Shown here in pieces: positions 31,414 through 41,303 of a stretch of 64,000 nt of DNA (position 1 is its first letter; each line of letters opens with the position of its first letter). The notes under the pieces were generated by a model, which saw nothing but the letters and a program-made list of their open reading frames with translations, had not been told where the DNA came from and searched no databases. The position numbers were made by a program, and so were the translations under genes. The stretch comes from an uncultured Gammaproteobacteria bacterium (GTDB taxonomy: Bacteria; Pseudomonadota; Gammaproteobacteria; Methylococcales; Methylomonadaceae): assembly GCA_963849195.1 (NCBI GenBank), contig CAWKGQ010000020.1:36811-100810 (forward strand), given 5' to 3'.

Positions 31414-34400
31414 AAGCTTTCCTCAAACAATGCAGCCAAGGCTTCAACTCTCACCAAATCAGGCCTATCCTGATAAACCCCGCTCATAGCCAGCTCCGGC
31501 CGCATACCACGCACAAACAAATAGTGTACGCCGCCAAAATGCGTTTCATAGTTGTAATCGTGTAAGCGGTGTTGCAAATAGCGATGCAGCACCACTGTAT
31601 AAATCCAGTATTGCAGGCCGTAATTATGTTCGCGCATGACGTGGGTTAAGGTTTCGGGCTTGTAATCCGGCAGGCCGTTGGTTTTATAGTCCATGACATA
31701 ATAAAGCCCCTTATATTCACAGATAAGATCTATAAAACCGGTTAGATAACCGCACATCTGTTTGCTGGTTAAGGGCTGAAAAGCCGGCGCGTCCTGCAAA
31801 ACAAGATTGATTTGATTAGCATTCATAGATTGCATCGATAAATAAAACGGCATTTCTTTTAAACACCGGTTTTCCGGCAGATTCATCAGGCAAAAATCAG
31901 CATCCGCGTCAGACAGCGGCGTGGCGACAACGGCTTGCAAAAGCGCATCAATCATTTCCGGCTGCTCCAGTTTTAAACCGTAACGCTGGCAGGCTTTATC
32001 CCGTTGTACAGAAATATCCTTACGCTTTGCCAGATCGATAAAGACATTATTTTCCAATAAGTCATGCACGACATTACCGGTATGCGCGCCTCTGGGTAAT
32101 TCCATTGGCGCTTGTTCAGGCTTATCCTGTTGCTCTCCCGCCTTGTCTTCGGGTAATTCAGGCGCTTCATCCAGACTTAATGCCGATAAAGCCGTATAGC
32201 TGCTCATTTGCCAATTGGTGTACAACGATCTTTTGCGTTTTTTTGCCTGGAAATCAACATGTGCAACTGCTTTTTGATACATGCCGGTAATTGCGCTCGG
32301 CACATCCAGTAATTGATAGTCAAATGCGTGATCAGCCTGATCCTTAAATGCTTGTAAAATTGCTTGTTGCCGGCAAAAATCAGCATCCGCAAAACCAAGC
32401 AACCAGGCCATTGCCGAATCATTGGCTGTTTTCTCGGAACGTGCATCAGCCCAGGCAATATAACAGCGGTATTTTGCGCGCGTTACTGCCACATAAAACA
32501 CCCGCAAATCTTCCGCCAATTCTTCATTTAATGCTTGGGCGCGGTGCAGTTCAAAATCCTCAGAACCTAAATCGACTATCATGCGACCCTTGTTCTCATG
32601 TCCTTGATTGGGAATATGGCATTTAATCAACGATTTTTCGATATTTAAACGATTGCTGCGCTGCCAAAGACAGGGGCAAAACACCACCGAATATTCCAGC
32701 CCCTTGGACCGGTGCATCGTGACAATCTTGACCGCATCATCATCACTTTCAAGGCGCAACTGCTGGTTTTCCGCACTACTTTTGTCCCGATCAGCTTTAG
32801 TAATGGCTGTTCGCAACCAGTCGAGGGTTTTATTGATGCCTAAATGCTCATCAACAGCCGCCTGTTGCACCAGCTCGACTAAATGATAGAGATTAGTTAA
32901 CTGCCTTTCAGCCATCAAAGTTTTTGACACACTCGCTCTGACTTTTTCCTGTGTCAGCAAACGCTGCATCATCGCCATCAAACCTGTTTGCTGCCAATCC
33001 TGATAATAACTTAAGAATCTGGACATCCAGTTGTCTATTGCGGTCTCGTTATTGATGAGCTGATAGAAGGTTTGGCCATCGAGATCAAACCAGTTTAATG
33101 TTAACGCCTGTTTAAGTAAGCCGTTATCTCCGGGGCTAGCTACCGCCTGTAACAGAATATATAAATCAGCCGCCTCTTGTGCAGCAAAAACGGATTCCGT
33201 GCTGTTTAGTACCGAAGGCACACCAACGCTCCGTAAAACCGCTTGATAATCTCTGGCCTGGCTGTTTGTTCTTACCAGAATGGCGATGTCTTTGGGTTGT
33301 AAGACCCGGTTAACCGGTTGCAGAGTATAATCATGGGTCAATAAATCAACCACTTCATTGACGACAGCGATGCTGATTGCTTCTGCTGCATCCTTGCGAT
33401 CAGGCCGCCAATATCCGGTTTTGCTGTCGCTTTCCGGTAACTGCCATAGCACCATCGGGGCGATGGCCTGCCCTGCATAATGCAATGCACCATCACTTGC
33501 AAATTTAGCCGGTTCGATATCATGAAACGCCAGGTCTTCCAGCAAAAACGCCTGTTCTCTTTGAAATAAGGCGTTCACAGCATCGACCAGCTGCGGATGC
33601 GAGCGCCAGTTTTTGCCTAAAGTAAATTTATGCTCCGCCTGTTTTTGTGCATCCAGATAAGAATAAATATCAGCGCCACGGAATTTGTAAATCGCCTGCT
33701 TGGGGTCGCCGATCAGATACAAATACTGGCTGGGCGCTGCAAAAATGGAAGAAAAAATAAACCACTGGCTATCATCGGTATCCTGGAATTCATCGATTAA
33801 AGCGACTTCAAAACGTTGCTGCAATTCAGCGATCAGCAGATCGCCATTTTCTCCTTGCAGTGCCTCAACCAGTCGAGTGATCAGATTATCAAATGACATG
33901 ACATTAAGCTGCTCTAGCCGTTTATCCAGCTCTGTTCGCAATGTTTCCAGCAGCGTTCTGCGAAATATCAGCGTGATTTTTTTAAACGCTTTAGCCAAGG
34001 CGTCGAAAGCGGCAGTATTTAGCTTCAATTCGGCCAAATAGTCGGCTTTGCGTTGATCGCCGGTTTGGGTTTTATTGGTTTTGAATTTTGTGCCATTCAA
34101 AGCATCCTTTATGCCATTTTCGGTAAATAGCGCGAAAGCCTCGTTGCTCGGAATTTGTGTCGTATACCCATCCAACCAATTCTTCAATGCACAACAGTGC
34201 AACTCAAAAGTGTCGGTATAGCTGGACTTGAATTTTTGGTCGGCAAAATTATCCATCAGGGATTTTACACACTGCTCAAGCTCGGTTTTTGCCAAATCGG
34301 TAAGCCGTTGCAATTCTTTTAACGCAGTATCCAGATTTTCAACAGCGGTGTAAATACTGACATGGTCGGCAATAAAATCAACACTGGCAAGCAGCTGATC

Positions 34401-34949
34401 GGGGTTTTTATAGCTGGCGGTTAATACAGCGGCTTCCCAGACTGAACGCTTATAAACCTGCCGCCGCCAGAAATCGTCCGCACAAGCCTGTTTAATAACC
34501 GCCAGATCGTCAGTCAATTCAGCATCGAATAATTGCCCGCTTTCCAACGCATGTTCTCGTAAGACACGCTGACAAAAGCCGTGTATCGTAAAAATCCCGG
34601 CCTGATCTATATTCAGCAGCGCCACAATCAGACGTTGTTTGACCAGTTCCGGTTCCATGCTGAGATTAGCTAGCCAGTCGCTAACCGTGCTATCTATGTT
34701 ATCTGTATGACCATCTAAAGCCCTTTTAACTTCGGCCAACCTGCTGCGCACACGGTCTTTAAGTTCTTCGGTTGCCGCCTTGGTAAAAGTAACCACCAGC
34801 ACCCTGTCAATCGCTATGCCTTGCTCAACCACAAAGCGCAAAACCAGCATCGCTATCGCGTAGGTTTTTCCGGTTCCGGCGCTGGCCTCTATTAGGTTTA
34901 CACCTTTGAGCAACTCTGTTTGCACCGGATCAAAATGGTTAGTTTCCAT
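31407..34949 (-). CDS. recB: exodeoxyribonuclease V beta subunit
   Basis: EASAGTGKT, TFTKAAT, DEFQDTD, GDPKQAIYKFRGAD, HRSKGLEY; nuclease motif GFIDL..DYKTN. Confidence 0.96.
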   Translation of the reverse strand: METNHFDPVQTELLKGVNLIEASAGTGKTYAIAMLVLRFVVEQGIAIDRVLVVTFTKAATEELKDRVRSRLAEVKRALDGHTDNIDSTVSDWLANLSMEPELVKQRLIVALLNIDQAGIFTIHGFCQRVLREHALESGQLFDAELTDDLAVIKQACADDFWRRQVYKRSVWEAAVLTASYKNPDQLLASVDFIADHVSIYTAVENLDTALKELQRLTDLAKTELEQCVKSLMDNFADQKFKSSYTDTFELHCCALKNWLDGYTTQIPSNEAFALFTENGIKDALNGTKFKTNKTQTGDQRKADYLAELKLNTAAFDALAKAFKKITLIFRRTLLETLRTELDKRLEQLNVMSFDNLITRLVEALQGENGDLLIAELQQRFEVALIDEFQDTDDSQWFIFSSIFAAPSQYLYLIGDPKQAIYKFRGADIYSYLDAQKQAEHKFTLGKNWRSHPQLVDAVNALFQREQAFLLEDLAFHDIEPAKFASDGALHYAGQAIAPMVLWQLPESDSKTGYWRPDRKDAAEAISIAVVNEVVDLLTHDYTLQPVNRVLQPKDIAILVRTNSQARDYQAVLRSVGVPSVLNSTESVFAAQEAADLYILLQAVASPGDNGLLKQALTLNWFDLDGQTFYQLINNETAIDNWMSRFLSYYQDWQQTGLMAMMQRLLTQEKVRASVSKTLMAERQLTNLYHLVELVQQAAVDEHLGINKTLDWLRTAITKADRDKSSAENQQLRLESDDDAVKIVTMHRSKGLEYSVVFCPCLWQRSNRLNIEKSLIKCHIPNQGHENKGRMIVDLGSEDFELHRAQALNEELAEDLRVFYVAVTRAKYRCYIAWADARSEKTANDSAMAWLLGFADADFCRQQAILQAFKDQADHAFDYQLLDVPSAITGMYQKAVAHVDFQAKKRKRSLYTNWQMSSYTALSALSLDEAPELPEDKAGEQQDKPEQAPMELPRGAHTGNVVHDLLENNVFIDLAKRKDISVQRDKACQRYGLKLEQPEMIDALLQAVVATPLSDADADFCLMNLPENRCLKEMPFYLSMQSMNANQINLVLQDAPAFQPLTSKQMCGYLTGFIDLICEYKGLYYVMDYKTNGLPDYKPETLTHVMREHNYGLQYWIYTVVLHRYLQHRLHDYNYETHFGGVHYLFVRGMRPELAMSGVYQDRPDLVRVEALAALFEESLC

Positions 34950-35260
34950 CAATAAATTCTCTGCCCTTTAGTTATCGCATTTGTTACCGTCAAAATACAT
35001 CTTTCATTTTCCTGGGCAACGACAACGACTCCAAAAATCACGGAGAAATTGGCTTAGGAAGGCACCCTATCTTAGCCAAATTAAACGCCTACTCAGCGTA
35101 AATAATGATAGGAAATTTCGGATACACTAACAATATTACATAAAAAAACAGCTAAACTATTGACCTTTATCCTAAACGCCACATTAAATCCAGAAAATGC
35201 AGTATTAAGGCTCCATGTAGTGATTTTTTACGCAAATTAAAACCTACACATCTTCCCCAA

Positions 35261-35293
35261 AAAACCGCCCAAGAGACTTCAACGGGCGGTTTT
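35261..35293. terminator. terminator-like hairpin in the recB-prsK intergenic region
   Basis: AAAACCGCCC-N13-GGGCGGTTTT with A/T runs on both sides. Confidence 0.55.
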
Positions 35294-35618
35294 ACCCTGA
35301 TGATGCAGGATTACATCTATTTAAAACAAACATGCCGCAAACTACGGATTCTTCGTTCGCGCGTTAGCAACAAACAAGTTTCCATCCACTTTCATATTTC
35401 TGCAACTTACTAAAAAATATACCTTAAACCCATCCACAGGTTTTTATGGCCACTTACCTCAATTGATGACTATTTCCCGTTTTTTCACTATCACGCGCAA
35501 TTAAATTCGTCAAAAACCCAATACCGTCGAAACTGCTAGCGTATATTTGCAACACACTTCAAGTAACATGTAGCAAAAGATATGCAATTAATTTAAAGCT
35601 TTTTTAACAGAGAAATAT

Positions 35619-37700
35619 ATGAGCTTCATGGAAAACTACAGCTATTATAGTTATTTAGCAGCCGCCGCTGCCTATTTGTTATTACTGCCCCTATCGATAA
35701 TAGGAATAAAAAAGAATCCTGTTGCGATTCCTTTGATTATAGCGGTTGTATTTTCTTTGGTCTGGGCTGGCTATACCGCTTTTTTAATTCACAACGATGA
35801 ATTATTCACTTCAGAAATCCTGCCTTTAGAAACATTGCGCAATAGTGCCTGGTTCTTTTTATTAAGCACACTTATCTCACGTCAACAGTTTAACAAAAAC
35901 TATTTGTTACTGTTTAAATCCAGACTTGCAAATGGCGTCGCACTGTTAATGGCGTTTATTTTAGTCTTGGAAATCTTCAGCGATTTACGCTATCAGATCC
36001 AGCAATTACTTGGGCAGGATCTGCGTCTTTTTGCTCATGTTGTTTTTGCCATCATTGGCCTGATGCTGGTGGAACAACTCTATCGAAATGCAACCCTGAA
36101 TTTGCACTGGACAATTAAATTTCTCTGCCTGGGTCTGGGGGCGTTATTTACTATTGATTTTATCGTTTACAGCAAATCGCTATTGTTTGTAAAGCTTGAT
36201 TCCTTACTCTGGAATTCACGAGGTTTCATTAATGCTTTGATAGTACCTTTGTTAGCTATTTCCATTCTGCGCCTACAAATAAATAATACCCTTAGAATCA
36301 CCGCCTCAAGAAAAATAGTATTTCATACGACTGTATTATTGGGCTCCGGACTGTATCTTATATTGATGTCCCTGGCTGGTTTTTATATCAGGGATTTTGG
36401 CGGTAATTGGGGAGAAATTGCGCAGATAATCTTCATTTTTTTAGCCATATTGTTGCTGTTAATTTTATTTGTTTCAGGTAAAGTCAGAGCAATGGCCAAA
36501 GTCTATCTTAACAAACATTTTTTTCACTACCGTTATGATTACAGGGATGAGTGGATCAAATTAAGCAAAACAATTGCAAAGCTGGACTCGATTAACGAAT
36601 TATCAGGTTTTATTATTAATACCCTGTCGGAGCTGGCCGATAGCTCGGGTGGTGGCTTATGGCTAAAAAATGAACAGGGTGATTTTTATTTCACTGAAGA
36701 AAATAGCCTGGGATTTTATCCGCCGCAATTGATCAAGTCAGATCAATCTTTAATAAAGTTTTTATTAAAAACACAATGGATTATTGATTTTTTTGAGTTT
36801 TCTAATTCACCAGAAATTTATGATGAAGTTGATTTGTCACAGTGGCATGCCGAGCAGAATAATATCTGCTTGATAATTCCCCTGTTTCGACAAAATGAGT
36901 TAGTAGCTTTTGTAGTATTAACCAAAGCCAAAGTACCCAGGCAACTCATTTGGGAGGATCACGATTTATTAAAAACAGTTGGGATGCAATTGACTAATGC
37001 TTTGGCACTTAGTCATGCGAGTGATGCCTTATCCCGGTCCCGCCAGTTTGAAGCCTATAATCGGCTATCGGCCTATCTTGTTCATGATCTGAAAAATCTG
37101 GTTGCACAAGTCTCTCTTATTGTAAAGAATGCAGAAAAACACAAATACAATCCTGAATTTATCGATGATTCTATCGCGACTCTGGAAAATGTGGTCTATA
37201 AGATAGAACATCTCCTAAACCAATTAAAAAAGGGACAGGTAAAAACCGATAGCAAGATGATTATTAACCTTGCCGAAGTTATCAAGGATGTTGCGATACA
37301 GCAAGCAGGAAACAAACCCACTCTGCAACTGGCAGCAAGCCTGGACAAAATTGAAGTTTTAGGAGAAAAAGAAAAAATAACGGCCATTCTTGGTCATCTG
37401 GTGCAAAATGCACAAGAGGCCACTCCAGACAATGGCTTTGTTAGCCTGGAATTAAGCAAGGATGAACAACAGGCGATTATTAAAGTGATTGACAACGGTT
37501 CCGGCATGGACAATAAATTTATCGCCGAACGTTTGTTTAAACCATTTGATACCACAAAAGGCAATGCCGGCATGGGGATTGGCGTCTATGAAGCACGCGA
37601 TTACATAGTAAAACATTCAGGGTTTTGTGATGTTGAGAGTAAATTGGGCGTAGGGACTACTTTCACCATCAGATTACCTCTTGCCAAACAGGAGAATTAA
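35619..37700 (+). CDS. prsK: PEP-CTERM system histidine kinase PrsK
   Basis: Multi-TM N-terminus, EQLYRN, KHFFHYRYDYRDEW, GAF region, QFEAYNRLSAYLVHDLKN, HLVQNAQEA, GMGIG. Confidence 0.92.
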   Translation: MSFMENYSYYSYLAAAAAYLLLLPLSIIGIKKNPVAIPLIIAVVFSLVWAGYTAFLIHNDELFTSEILPLETLRNSAWFFLLSTLISRQQFNKNYLLLFKSRLANGVALLMAFILVLEIFSDLRYQIQQLLGQDLRLFAHVVFAIIGLMLVEQLYRNATLNLHWTIKFLCLGLGALFTIDFIVYSKSLLFVKLDSLLWNSRGFINALIVPLLAISILRLQINNTLRITASRKIVFHTTVLLGSGLYLILMSLAGFYIRDFGGNWGEIAQIIFIFLAILLLLILFVSGKVRAMAKVYLNKHFFHYRYDYRDEWIKLSKTIAKLDSINELSGFIINTLSELADSSGGGLWLKNEQGDFYFTEENSLGFYPPQLIKSDQSLIKFLLKTQWIIDFFEFSNSPEIYDEVDLSQWHAEQNNICLIIPLFRQNELVAFVVLTKAKVPRQLIWEDHDLLKTVGMQLTNALALSHASDALSRSRQFEAYNRLSAYLVHDLKNLVAQVSLIVKNAEKHKYNPEFIDDSIATLENVVYKIEHLLNQLKKGQVKTDSKMIINLAEVIKDVAIQQAGNKPTLQLAASLDKIEVLGEKEKITAILGHLVQNAQEATPDNGFVSLELSKDEQQAIIKVIDNGSGMDNKFIAERLFKPFDTTKGNAGMGIGVYEARDYIVKHSGFCDVESKLGVGTTFTIRLPLAKQEN

Positions 37701-37748
37701 GTTGTTTTGACTCACGAAAATATCATTCCTAAACTTTAACAATCCCCT

Positions 37749-40700
37749 ATGTTCATCCTGCACAGTTCCAATAAAACCGAGAATCTGGTCGCTCACCTGA
37801 CCGCAGTCATCGAAAACGCACCACTGGCATCGCCTTTTGAAAAAGAAGTTTTTCTGATTCAAAGTCAAGGTATGGAACGCTGGTTATCGCAGCAGTTGGC
37901 AAGTCACTTTAAAGTCTGGGGTAACTATCAGTTTTTATTCCCCGGCAAGTTTTTCAGTTCTCTGGCGCAAAAAATAGATAGCAGGCTAAACGATGCGGCT
38001 TTTGATCGTAACCTCATGCTTTGGCGGATTGAGGCATTATTGCGCAGGTTGGATGGTGATGAATTTTTGCCGGTAAAACAGTATTTATCCGGTGAAAATA
38101 TCGCTTTAAAACGCTACCAGCTGGCGCAACAGTTGGCGCAGATTTTTGACCAGTACCAGATGATGCGGCCCGATATGCTGGCAGGCTGGCAAAAAGGCGA
38201 CATACCGTATCACACAGCAACCGAACGCTGGCAAAAAGCGCTCTGGCAGCAAATAAGCGCACAAACCGGCAATAAACACAGAGGCTCATTATGGATGGAT
38301 GTGATAGCCAAGTTAAATGCCGCGGAGAAAGGTGTGTTTAGCCAATCCCTGCCGGAACGAATTTCGGTTTTCGGAATTAATACGATGCCGCCGCTATTTT
38401 TGAGCTACCTGGAAGGTTTATCGAAACATTGTCAACTGCATCTTTTTTTGCTTAATCCGGCCCAGACATTCTGGGCTGATCTGGCAACCAAACGGCAGCG
38501 AGCCAATGACGAAAACTTTACCGGACATCCGTTGCTGTCGGCGTTGGGTCAGCAAGGGCGTGAATTTCAGGAAATGCTGCTGGAGCAGGTGCAGTTTGAT
38601 TTTGAACCGGAAAGTTTTGAGTTGAGCGAGTCGCGGAATAATCTGCAACGGTTACAAAACGATATTTTAAATAACCGATTAGATGAGTCTGACGAGACGA
38701 GATTAATCGCGCCTCTACAAAAAGATGATTCTATAAGTATTCATGCCTGTCATTCCCGAATGCGTGAGGTGGAGGTATTAAAAAATCAGTTGTTATACAC
38801 ATTAGAAAATGATGCTGCACTGGAATTGCGCGATATTGTCGTGATGGCTCCCGACATTCAGGTATACGAGCCGTTTATTTCAGCCGTATTTAGCGATATT
38901 CAACATGCCATTGCCGACCGCAGCTTGCGTTTGAGCAACAAGTCGCTGGACGCTTTTATTCGCTTTTTAGACTTAAGTCAGAGCCGTTTTGGCTGGCAAA
39001 GCGTGCTGGATTTACTGGAACAACCGGTGGTATATCCGGGTTTTGGCTTGTCTGAAACTGATCTGGAATTGATTAAATATTGGGTTCAGGATACGCATGT
39101 ACGCTGGGGCAAGTCGGCAAAACATAAGCAGGAACTCGGACTGCCTGAACTTAACGAAAACACCTGGCAAGCGTCACTGGATAGATTGTTGATGGGTTAT
39201 GCGGTAGGCAATGATGATGATTTTATTGGCGATGTATTGCCTTATATTGATATTGAAGGTTCATCAGCACTGGCGTTAGGTGGATTGTGCGAGTTTATGC
39301 AGCTGTTGTTTAAAGCCGGCACGGAATTAAAACAGCCGAAAACACTTAAGACCTGGAGTTCTCGGCTTTATTATTTTGCCGATCAGTTATTGGCGAATGC
39401 GGATCCGGTTGAGCGACAGCAGCTTAACGAACTGTTGGCGGAATTATCCGCTGATCTGACTGCCGTACATAACGACAGCGTTGAGTTGCAAGTGATTGTT
39501 AATTGGCTGGAAGGCATGATTGCCGAGCACAAATCAACCAATGGTTTTTTGCGTGGGCAGTTAACTTTTTGCTCCATGCTGCCGATGCGATCCATTCCCT
39601 TCAAGGTGATTGCCTTGATGGGGATGAATGAAGGTGAGTTTCCAAAGATTGATCGCAATCCCACCTTCGACTTACTGACGCGCAACTTTCGCAAGGGTGA
39701 CCGCTCACGGCGCGCTGATGACCGTTATCAATTCCTGGAAATCCTTTTGTCTGCCAGACAGCAGTTGATTATCACCTATATCGGGCAATCGATTAGCCAT
39801 AATGAGGCGATCCCGCCTTCTGTGGTCATCAGTGAATTACTGGAGTGTATAGGCGACCGGCCGGTCGCCTATACAGATCTGATTACCTGGCAACCCTTGC
39901 AAGCATTCAGTTCGCGTTATTTTGACGGTACATCCGGCGGCTTAGTCAGTTTTTCGGAGGCTGACTGCGAAACCGCCAAGGCATTATCAGCACCCAAACC
40001 TGCACCTGCCCCTTGGTGGCAAGGCACAATAAAGACCGAAGCTGAAGAAATTATTGATCTGAATGAATTGTTCAACTTTTACCGGCATCCGCAACGCTTT
40101 TTTTTGCGACGTCAAATGGACCTACGTTTTATCGGTATTGAAGCGGAAGCCGAAGAGCGCGAACCGTTTTCCATAGATAAAATGGAGGGCTATTCGATCT
40201 ATCATGAATGGATACAGGAGAGTTTAAACGGTAGGGCTGTATCAGTAAAAAAATTGCAGGCACAGGGAAGATGGTTATCTGGGGTATTGGGAGAACTTGA
40301 GTTTGACCGGCAACAAGAAGTGATCAATGAGTTTGTTAGCCGGATCAGGGCAAAAAACCTGGGTGAGCCTTTAGACGATTTGTCTATCGATATAAAAATC
40401 AACAACTATCGCCTGGTCGGAAAACTTGCAAATCGTTATAAAAATGGCAGCCTGTTTTATCGTTATGCCGATCTTAAAGGCAAGGATTTTATTTACGCCT
40501 GGCTGCATCACCTGATTATTAATCAAGTTCAGGAACAAACTACGTTTTTGATGAGCACAGATGAGGATTTGATTTTGTCGCCGGACTATTGCCGGCCTAG
40601 TCCATTGTCAGCATTCCTGGACATTTACCAAGCGGGCAACAAAACCCCCGATGCGTTTTTTGTGGAAGCGGCGTTGGCTTATATTAAGCAAGCCAATAAA

Positions 40701-40901
40701 TTGGAAAATGGCAACCGGGCAAGCAAATCAGCGCTGGATGCCGCAAAAGAGCAGCTATCCAGAGCTATTCAGCAACCCTATGAACCTGAACTCAAACAAC
40801 TTTATCAAAATATAACAGACATGGCGCGAATACTGGGCGAAACTTTTGAGCAACAGTGCCAGACTTTGTTGCAGCCGGTTTGGAATACTACGCATCAATA
40901 A
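37749..40901 (+). CDS. recC: exodeoxyribonuclease V gamma subunit
   Basis: HSSNKTE.L, QSQGMERWL, FDQYQMMRP, CHSRMREVEVL, MLPMRSIPFKV, DDRYQFLE. Confidence 0.95.
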   Translation: MFILHSSNKTENLVAHLTAVIENAPLASPFEKEVFLIQSQGMERWLSQQLASHFKVWGNYQFLFPGKFFSSLAQKIDSRLNDAAFDRNLMLWRIEALLRRLDGDEFLPVKQYLSGENIALKRYQLAQQLAQIFDQYQMMRPDMLAGWQKGDIPYHTATERWQKALWQQISAQTGNKHRGSLWMDVIAKLNAAEKGVFSQSLPERISVFGINTMPPLFLSYLEGLSKHCQLHLFLLNPAQTFWADLATKRQRANDENFTGHPLLSALGQQGREFQEMLLEQVQFDFEPESFELSESRNNLQRLQNDILNNRLDESDETRLIAPLQKDDSISIHACHSRMREVEVLKNQLLYTLENDAALELRDIVVMAPDIQVYEPFISAVFSDIQHAIADRSLRLSNKSLDAFIRFLDLSQSRFGWQSVLDLLEQPVVYPGFGLSETDLELIKYWVQDTHVRWGKSAKHKQELGLPELNENTWQASLDRLLMGYAVGNDDDFIGDVLPYIDIEGSSALALGGLCEFMQLLFKAGTELKQPKTLKTWSSRLYYFADQLLANADPVERQQLNELLAELSADLTAVHNDSVELQVIVNWLEGMIAEHKSTNGFLRGQLTFCSMLPMRSIPFKVIALMGMNEGEFPKIDRNPTFDLLTRNFRKGDRSRRADDRYQFLEILLSARQQLIITYIGQSISHNEAIPPSVVISELLECIGDRPVAYTDLITWQPLQAFSSRYFDGTSGGLVSFSEADCETAKALSAPKPAPAPWWQGTIKTEAEEIIDLNELFNFYRHPQRFFLRRQMDLRFIGIEAEAEEREPFSIDKMEGYSIYHEWIQESLNGRAVSVKKLQAQGRWLSGVLGELEFDRQQEVINEFVSRIRAKNLGEPLDDLSIDIKINNYRLVGKLANRYKNGSLFYRYADLKGKDFIYAWLHHLIINQVQEQTTFLMSTDEDLILSPDYCRPSPLSAFLDIYQAGNKTPDAFFVEAALAYIKQANKLENGNRASKSALDAAKEQLSRAIQQPYEPELKQLYQNITDMARILGETFEQQCQTLLQPVWNTTHQ

Positions 40902-41054
40902 CATTAAGTCAGGATAATACCCTCAATACAAGGATAGGCTTAAACCAAAAATATTCAGAGATTAGTGGAAGACCTGTCCCGCAATGCCTCATAAAGTTGC
41001 ACCGAACCAAGCAAAATACCCCGCAATCCATTACGCACTTTTTCCGAATCCAAA

Positions 41055-41262
41055 GCCTGCTTGCTCATCGTGTCTGGGGAAATAGTAAGTGCGTACCGAT
41101 ATATCATTCAGCAACGCTTAAAACTACCCAGCGTATGGTGTGTTCTCGATAACGTGAATTCAATGTTGGCTTTAAGGATTATTCGAGTCATGAAAATGGG
41201 ATGAATACTGGAATTAAAAACTTCAAGCTGCTTGGGTTTAAGCCGCGCTTTTAATCGCACCC
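41055..41262 (+). mobile_element. second, more decayed ISKra4-like remnant
   Basis: Reads LLIVSGEIVSAYRYIIQQRLKLPSVW..MLALRIIR. It ends in CGCGCTTTTAATCGCACCC (41244-41262), 17/19 identical to the IR at 2074-2092. Confidence 0.78.
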
Positions 41263-41303
41263 GCTGTTCATTATTCTCAATAATGCAGCCCGCGATTATC
41301 TTG

